A stretch of DNA of 57,686 bases, filler included, from Platydemus manokwari (lineage: Eukaryota), in the NCBI GenBank assembly GCA_037951405.1. It is 5 parts of 5 records of this genome, joined end to end, with 100 filler letters (N's around TTAATTAATTAA, not from the genome) between each part and the next. Parts side by side here need not be neighbours in the genome. Positions count along the whole stretch, not along the records: positions 48,219 to 57,686 come from JBBMOY011245097.1; 4 more parts are not named here. One strand, written 5' to 3'. Position 1 is the stretch's first letter. Each line of letters begins with the position of its first letter. Shown here one piece after another: positions 56,291-57,686 of the stretch. A program made the translations under genes and the position numbers. The notes beneath the pieces were generated by a model. It was not told where the DNA came from, did not search any database, and was given only the letters and a program-made list of their open reading frames with translations.

Positions 56291-57479
56291 CTAATTTATG
56301 ATTTTATTTTTATTTACAAAATCATTTATTATATTTCATTTTTACGAATTATATTTGTTAACCTTTGTCCAGAATCAAAGATAAAAAATAAAGAAAAAAA
56401 TATAATTGGTAACAAAATTCATACTTTGATACACTTATTACCATAAAATATTACAATAAAAGTTTCATGCACACAATTTGAATATTCCAAAACCCCAACA
56501 TTATTATTAAATATTTTATGATGAACTTTCTTATTTTTAATGAACTTTCAAATAACATAATTCAAAATATTAGCACAGCAGGATCGTGAAAACGTTTTTT
56601 AGAAGTATGTGATCACAAAAAACAATAATTTATTCCATCTGTTTTAAATTACATTATTTTTTGTTTACTCTTCTAATAGTCTCTCATTTCTAAAAATGTA
56701 ATAACCTCTAAGAGAAAATTAACAAAATGCTGCTATGTGGTTTCATATATATATATATATTTCATTCTTCGACACAATCAAGAGATTTGTAGAAACATTA
56801 TATCGATCTAACAATAAATTCTAAAAAAATCAACTACCTCAGGATTTGTTGATTTATTCTTCATTCATTTTCCGTTTTTAAAACATAAGCAACATTTAAT
56901 CGACACAAAAGTATTTTAATTAGTAAAACGGTTCAACAAATCATTTAACAGATTATTATGAAAAACTATCTCAAGTTAATTTAAACAAATAATTTACCAA
57001 ATCACCAATTAAGTACACCCAATAAGTCGCTGTCAGGGTCATCAAATTAACAATTAACATGAATTCCATTCGAAAACAATGAAGAAAATACACTCCAAGT
57101 TTGAGATATAAAATGTATATAATATGTAGAAATGCGAAATATTTTTAAATGCTTTAGAAAATTTAATGTTATAAATATCTATTAATCATAATGAATAAAC
57201 AATTCTGAAAATATTTTATAACTGACAAATTAAAATCATTTTAGTTCTCATTTGGTCAAATATGACTCAACCATAAGAAAACTTTCATAATAAAATATAA
57301 ATAATTATTCTAGATTCAGAAAATAAAATCCATTGGAAATTTTGTTCTACTAGGTTCTGTGTATTCAAGAGATTCTTTGTTCGTAAAGACTTTCAATATT
57401 TCAATTGTAACTCTTCGAATATTGTAAATTTACCATAATCCAATTTTAGTAGACCTGGATTTAGAGAACTATTTATACT

Positions 57480-57686
57480 TGTGATGCGTTTTGGGGTCAC
57501 TCTCTTTTCTTGTTATTATTTGTTTGTTTTAATTGATTGAATCGATTATACGACTTAATCAGTGCTTTGAGTCCGTTATTGACCCTCAGGTGGCAGTGAA
57601 ACCTTATACTTATTGATGTTCTTTCGCCTCGACGATCACTTCTTATATGACGATAAGTGGATCGGCGTAGTAATCGATTTTGATAT
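57480..57686. repeat. Structured non-coding element, copy 3 (cut by the window end)
   Basis: Closely matches 53168-53360: CGTTTTGGGGTCACTCTCTTTT and the identical CGCCTCGACGATCACTTCTTATATGACGATAAGTGGATCGGCGTAG. It begins with TGTG. Confidence 0.85.

Overview
Very AT-rich eukaryotic genomic DNA with GT-AG introns, several only 41-49 bp, and (AAT)n microsatellites. This fits an invertebrate such as a triclad planarian, but that is inference only. The window is at least five contigs joined by artificial N44-TTAATTAATTAA-N44 linkers, plus one ordinary N gap. Genes read by manual splicing and translation: a complete 5-exon THOC3/TEX1 (48354-50280, +); five internal exons of a polypeptide GalNAc-transferase (36984-43849, -); two exons of a PET+LIM protein of the prickle/testin/LIMPETin family (30758-32315, -); the terminal C2B exon of a RIM/UNC-10 synaptic protein (7540-7731, -, missed by the ORF track); an intronless secreted 134-aa ORF that may be ML-domain-like (12002-12406, -); and an orphan internal exon (435-627, +). 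Mobile DNA: three copies of a ~600-bp MITE with terminal inverted repeats, two Ty3/Gypsy pol relics and a Tc1/mariner transposase relic. The most unusual feature is a head-to-tail array of a ~1.1-kb non-coding element recurring every ~2-2.3 kb (53.2, 55.1, 57.5 kb). Its diverged copies keep a series of hairpins, some with compensatory substitutions, so it is a candidate structured ncRNA array or a cluster of structured solo LTRs. All identifications are by eye; no database search was run.
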